Below, one piece after another: positions 16,478 through 20,408 of a DNA stretch of 20,408 bases. Location of the stretch: NCBI GenBank assembly GCA_040386535.1, contig JAZKFH010000052.1:49747-70154 (forward strand), read 5' to 3'. Positions within the stretch are counted from its first letter, which is position 1; the number at the start of each line of letters is the position of its first letter. The translations under genes and the position numbers were made by a program. The notes below the pieces were generated by a model, which saw only the letters and a list, made by a program, of their open reading frames with translations, did not search any database and had not been told where the DNA came from. This DNA is from Myxococcota bacterium (lineage in GTDB: Bacteria; Myxococcota_A; UBA796; SXON01).

Positions 16478-17158
16478 ATGAACAACGTCCTCGCCGTCCT
16501 CGGGTTCCTCGTCTCCGGCACCGGCGCGCACTGGAAGGTGGGGCCCGACGCCTACGCGGACGCGCCGTTCGACGCGGTGATCGTGCCGGGTTGCCCCTCG
16601 GAGGCCGACGGGCGGGTGGCCGCCTGCCAGTGGGAGCGCGCGGCGTGGGCGGCGGCGCTGGTGCGCGGCGGCTCGGTGCGGGACGTGATCCTCACCGGCG
16701 GCGCCGTGTACACACCCTACGTCGAGGCCGAGGCCCTCGCCGCCGCGATGCTCGCCCTCGGCGTGTCGGCCGACCGCATCCACGTGGAGCCGCTCGCCCG
16801 CCACACGGACGAGAACGCCGGCTTCGCGCTCGGCGTCGCCGAAGCGCTCGGGTTCGAGCGGCTGGCGGTCGCCTCCGTGCCGGTCCACGCCGTGTTGATG
16901 GACGAGATGATGCTCCGCTGGGGCGTCGACATCGTGGCCATCCCGCTCGACCGCAAGGTGGTGCGCGAGGTGCTGGCCGCGCCCCGCCCCGCGATCACGA
17001 CCGCGCCCGTCCCGGGTTGGGTGCCCTTCGAGGTCCGCGAGGCGGAGGAGGCCGCGAGCGGCGCGTCCCGCGGGTCGAGCATCCGTCGCTACCTGCGGCA
17101 CGCGATGGCGCCGGACGGCACGTATGCGCCGCCGCGGGCGCCGGTCGTGGTGCGGTAG
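16478..17158 (+). CDS. YdcF/DUF218 (ElyC/SanA-like) family protein, 226 aa
   Basis: FDAVIVPG, ERAAWAAAL, VILTGG, EAEALA, GVSADRIHVEPLARHTDENA; hydrophobic N-terminus from ATG 16478. Confidence 0.85.
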   Translation: MNNVLAVLGFLVSGTGAHWKVGPDAYADAPFDAVIVPGCPSEADGRVAACQWERAAWAAALVRGGSVRDVILTGGAVYTPYVEAEALAAAMLALGVSADRIHVEPLARHTDENAGFALGVAEALGFERLAVASVPVHAVLMDEMMLRWGVDIVAIPLDRKVVREVLAAPRPAITTAPVPGWVPFEVREAEEAASGASRGSSIRRYLRHAMAPDGTYAPPRAPVVVR

Positions 17159-17260
17159 GGCGGGTCGGGGGCGAGCGCGGCCTTCACTCCCGGCGCGGTC
17201 GGGGGCGCCTCGCGTGGACGGATCGCCACGGTCGCGGAGGGGGCGCTGCGAGCGGAGGCG

Positions 17261-17419
17261 GGGCGCCCCCGCGCGGACGCGGGCCAGGTCGGCTCCGGGC
17301 TCGCGGCGGAGCCGCTCGGTCGGCCGGCCAGACCGCATTTACGTGACGCCGGGAGTTGCCCCCGGCCGGCCGGACCAGCCGCCGGGGGCGGCTGCCCTCC
17401 GCGCCCTTGGCGCGGGAGC
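17261..17419 (+). repeat. 159-bp dispersed element
   Basis: Inverted near-copy of 10234..10392. Internal hairpins include ggctccg/cggagcc, cagccgcc/ggcggctg and ccgcgcc/ggcgcgg. Confidence 0.85.
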
Positions 17420-17503
17420 CCGTGGGGGTGACCACCGGGCCGGGTCAGCGGCTGGCCGGGATTCGCTACGGCGCCGCGTGGGCTCCCCGTTGCTGCTGGC
17501 GCA

Positions 17504-17836
17504 GGTCAGCTGCTCCCGAGGCGGACGAAGGTCGCCCGCTCGATTCGAGACCCGCACCTTTGTCCGGTCTGCCGCTCCCGAGGCGGACGAAGGTCGCCCA
17601 TTCGATTCGAGACCCGCACCTTTGTCCGGTCTGCCGCTACCAAACCGGACGAAGGTCGCCCACTCGATTTCAGACCCGAACCTTTGTCCGGCCCGCCGCT
17701 CCCAAACCGGACGAAGGTGGCCCACTCGATTCGAGACCCGCACCTTTGTCCGGTCAGCCCCTCCCGAGGCGGACAAAGGTCGCCCGCTCGATTCGAGACC
17801 CAAACCTTTGTCCGGTCCGCCGCTCCCCAGGCGGAC
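17504..17836. repeat. 62-bp tandem hairpin array (about 5.3 units)
   Basis: cggac(g/a)aaggt starts at 17522, 17584, 17646, 17708 and 17770, with a partial at 17832. Each pairs with acctttgtccg in the same unit. Confidence 0.93.
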
Positions 17837-18240
17837 GCGGGGCGTGCGCTCGAGACCTTGTTCCGGACGCCCCACCGGACGCATCGCAGGCCCGCGCCAC
17901 ACCTTCCTCGTGGAGCCGCGCCGTCGCCGCGAGGAAGCGCTCCACGGGTGGCACCACTGGCTCGACCCAAGCCTGTGCCGATGGCACACGGGCAAGTCTA
18001 GATTGGAGCAGACGCTCTGGGACCGGAACGCACGGATTGAAGCCGTGTGCCTGACCGACGGAGCGGGTGCCTGCGCCGACCTCCAGGGGATGAACGAACG
18101 CAGGCCCAAATTGGTGCTCGTCGACCCCGCGGCGACATCGTTCGTCCTCCCGGCCGACTACGGCGTCATCGCGTGTGTTCGACCCAACGGCGCGACAGAC
18201 GCAGGTTGGCGTCGGGAGCGGAGATGACCCTGATACGGCG

Positions 18241-19026
18241 CTATCCACGAGTCCGGTGGGTGCGGCGCCTGCCCCGAAGGGCGAACAGCGCCCCGGCGGC
18301 CAGGCATAGGAGGGAGCTCCGAACGGGAATCGTGGCGCACGCGTGGATCTCCACGGAGGTGGCGTCGGACCATTCTCCCGCATTCCCCCCGAGATCGATC
18401 GCGCGGCTGCGGAGGAACAGCGTGTCCCCGCCCTCGAGCGATCCGGCCGAAGGGAAACGAAGCGCGGCGATCTCGAGCCTCTCGGGCGTCTCTGGATCGG
18501 TGAAAAGAAACGGCATCGACAGCTGATCCACGAACTCGGAATCGGACGCGACCGCGAGCTCTACGTAGGCGTCGCCTGCGTCATCCGAGGGCTCGCTGAG
18601 CTGCACGTACAGTGCGCGCGCCCGCACGTCCGCGGCCTCGAGAGCGCCGCCGGTTGGCGGGTCGAGGTCCGGGCCGTCGCCGGTACTGAACCTCGTGGAG
18701 CCTCGGGCGGACCCATCGGCGAGGAGCACCTCGGTCCAATACTCGGTGCGCGCGGTGAGCTCCGCAGCGGGGGTGATCCAGGCCCAACGACCGGTTGGGG
18801 TGGTAGCTGTGGCAACGCTCACGGCGATCGTGGCGCCCGTGGCACTGTCCGTGAGCAGCGCGGTCACTGGATCCGCTCCCGATACCTCCGCGAGCAGGAC
18901 AACGTTGGTCGGCACCTCCGAGGCAGCCCACCCTGGCGCTTCCACCATGTCGCTCGGAAAGGAGAAACTGCCGCCCGCGCAGCTCGGCGCCCCTCCCAGG
19001 ATCACCACGCCCATCCACAGCGACAC
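18241..19026 (-). CDS. Exported Ig-like protein with MYXO-CTERM-like C-terminal anchor (start uncertain: 19026, 19014 or 19080)
   Basis: VPTNVVL, ITPAAELTARTEY, FSTGDGPDLDPP, RAIDLGGNAG. The C-terminus is ACATIP, a hydrophobic stretch, then RGRRR. Confidence 0.7.
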   Translation of the reverse strand: MSLWMGVVILGGAPSCAGGSFSFPSDMVEAPGWAASEVPTNVVLLAEVSGADPVTALLTDSATGATIAVSVATATTPTGRWAWITPAAELTARTEYWTEVLLADGSARGSTRFSTGDGPDLDPPTGGALEAADVRARALYVQLSEPSDDAGDAYVELAVASDSEFVDQLSMPFLFTDPETPERLEIAALRFPSAGSLEGGDTLFLRSRAIDLGGNAGEWSDATSVEIHACATIPVRSSLLCLAAGALFALRGRRRTHRTRG

Positions 19027-19089
19027 CGCCGTGCGGAGAAATGTCGGGCGATCGTTGCCAAGGGGCATCATCACGGCCACGATACCCGG

Positions 19090-19809
19090 ATGTGGACCCT
19101 GCTGCTACCGGCGTGCGCACCCGAGCCCTGCCCTGCGCCGCCCGCGGCGCACGAGGCCATCGCAAGCGGCGCGGTCTGGTGGGTCCGAGACGAGGACTTG
19201 CCCTGGGGCGGCCTCGCGTCCCCGTGCGCGCTCGTCCAAGGTGACGCGGAGAACGATGACATTCCGGGCATTCCGCTCGATATCGACGTCGACCAGGTGG
19301 GCCTGTGCTCGGAAGTCGTCGCCGCGGCCTCTCCCGGCACGGTCCCGGTCGCGGGCGCGGGTCCGGCGCGGATCCCGGCCTCGCGTGTGGCGTCCGTCGG
19401 CCTTGCCACCGGAGGCCACGCGATCGCCCTGCTGCCCGACGAGGCGCCGGCTGTTGGTCCCTGGGTGCTCTGCTGTAACGAGGAGCGGATCTATGAGAGC
19501 ACGGTCGTCGCCGCAGAGGTTCCGCAGGCTCCCGCGGGCACGGCCGTCGAGTTGACCGAGGTCGAGTTCGACAAAGACGACTCTTGCTCCACCGGAACCA
19601 CGCTCCTGGCGGTGACGGGCCGTCCGGATTTCCTCAGAAACGGCGGGTGTGTCAGCTTCGGGACCGAGGTGTTGGGTCCGCAAGTTCACTGCGGGACGAG
19701 CCCCGTCTGGACCTTCAACGAGGATCTGCCGCTCCAGGATGTCGAGATTCTCAACGGGGACGGCACGATCCAAGCCGCGACAGCGGTGTTTGGTGGCGAG
19801 GTGCCGTGA
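19090..19809 (+). CDS. Hypothetical putative lipoprotein, 239 aa
   Basis: MWTLLLPAC is a short signal with Cys, followed by an acidic, Cys-containing body. The ORF-track portion upstream of 19090 is antisense to the neighbouring gene. Confidence 0.6.
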   Translation: MWTLLLPACAPEPCPAPPAAHEAIASGAVWWVRDEDLPWGGLASPCALVQGDAENDDIPGIPLDIDVDQVGLCSEVVAAASPGTVPVAGAGPARIPASRVASVGLATGGHAIALLPDEAPAVGPWVLCCNEERIYESTVVAAEVPQAPAGTAVELTEVEFDKDDSCSTGTTLLAVTGRPDFLRNGGCVSFGTEVLGPQVHCGTSPVWTFNEDLPLQDVEILNGDGTIQAATAVFGGEVP

Positions 19810-19872
19810 ACCCATCGCGTTCAGCGACGATTCGAAGCGACTCGCTGATCGTGTGCAGGATACCTTGGTTCG

Positions 19873-20379
19873 ATGGTTGAGCTCCTCTCCGCCGAGCGTG
19901 ACGGCATGCGCGTCCTCACGACGATTCACTGGTGCTTCGTCCGTCTCCGTTCGCTCTGCTACGCCGGCGCCCCCAGCGAGGAGATTGCGCAGCGGTTGAC
20001 ACAGGATGACGCCCGACTGAACGAACTTCTCGCCGGTCGGCTCGGCTCGGTGGACTTCCTGCGATCGGCCGAGGCGGCCTACCGGTCAACGGTGCACGAC
20101 GTCCCGTCGCTCTCCTCGGGAACGACCTGGGTTGGCCGCGAATACAGTTCGGGCCCCGCAGTCGCTCTTGCGCACGCTGCCCGCGCATTCCTCAAGGCGG
20201 TAGCCTGGGAAGCCGACGGCGGCGCACCGCCGAGCACCTTGGCGACGTACTTCGACGCGTTCGAGCACATTTCTCTCGTTCTTATGGGCGACGGTCCGGA
20301 GAAAGCCGCAGGCCTGCTCTCGAGCTACTCGGACACCATGGCTCCGTTCGTCAGTAGGCGTCCGGTGATCCCATCCTGA
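19873..20379 (+). CDS. Hypothetical protein, 168 aa
   Basis: ATG-to-TGA ORF with protein-like, helical composition and TACCTT 6 nt upstream of the ATG. No recognisable family. Confidence 0.55.
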   Translation: MVELLSAERDGMRVLTTIHWCFVRLRSLCYAGAPSEEIAQRLTQDDARLNELLAGRLGSVDFLRSAEAAYRSTVHDVPSLSSGTTWVGREYSSGPAVALAHAARAFLKAVAWEADGGAPPSTLATYFDAFEHISLVLMGDGPEKAAGLLSSYSDTMAPFVSRRPVIPS

Positions 20380-20408
20380 GCCGCCCGAGCGCCCCCGTTA
20401 CACGAGGG

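Noticed and set aside
10234..17419. Composite transposon or invertible segment bounded by the inverted 159-bp copies
   Set aside because: No transposase or recombinase is present, the cargo is housekeeping (dapF, nadK, parS), and other copies lie outside the interval.
17504..17836. CRISPR array
   Set aside because: The whole 62-bp unit is repeated, there are no unique spacers, and no cas genes are in the window.
1..20408. tRNA, rRNA, integrase or transposase genes
   Set aside because: No recognisable signatures were seen by eye; a covariance-model scan was not possible.

Overview
Very GC-rich bacterial chromosomal DNA, probably from a myxobacterium-like (Myxococcota) genome. This is inferred from MopE-type Cys/Asp repeats, FG-GAP repeats, a PEGA protein and a MYXO-CTERM-like tail. 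In order, the window holds: a 5'-truncated MopE-repeat/FG-GAP surface protein; a minus-strand run of two B12-binding radical SAM genes, a translationally coupled 96-aa ORF and a 7Fe-type ferredoxin; a divergent polytopic (GT-C/YfhO-like) membrane protein; a Cys-rich lipoprotein; two decayed VapBC toxin-antitoxin pairs; a zinc-ribbon hypothetical; palindromic tandem arrays (51 bp, 72 bp); a Ser/Thr-linker PEGA protein; a second GT-C-like protein with a coupled anchored protein; a DapF homolog with Ser in place of both catalytic Cys; NAD kinase; three consensus parS sites with many half-sites nearby (so probably near oriC); a DUF218 gene behind a strong operator-like promoter; a 62-bp hairpin array; and accessory hypothetical genes. 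The most notable unannotated structure is a ~160-bp dispersed GC-rich element in 3-4 copies, mostly just downstream of genes, two of them next to different hairpin tandem arrays. All calls come from reading the sequence by eye; no searches were run.
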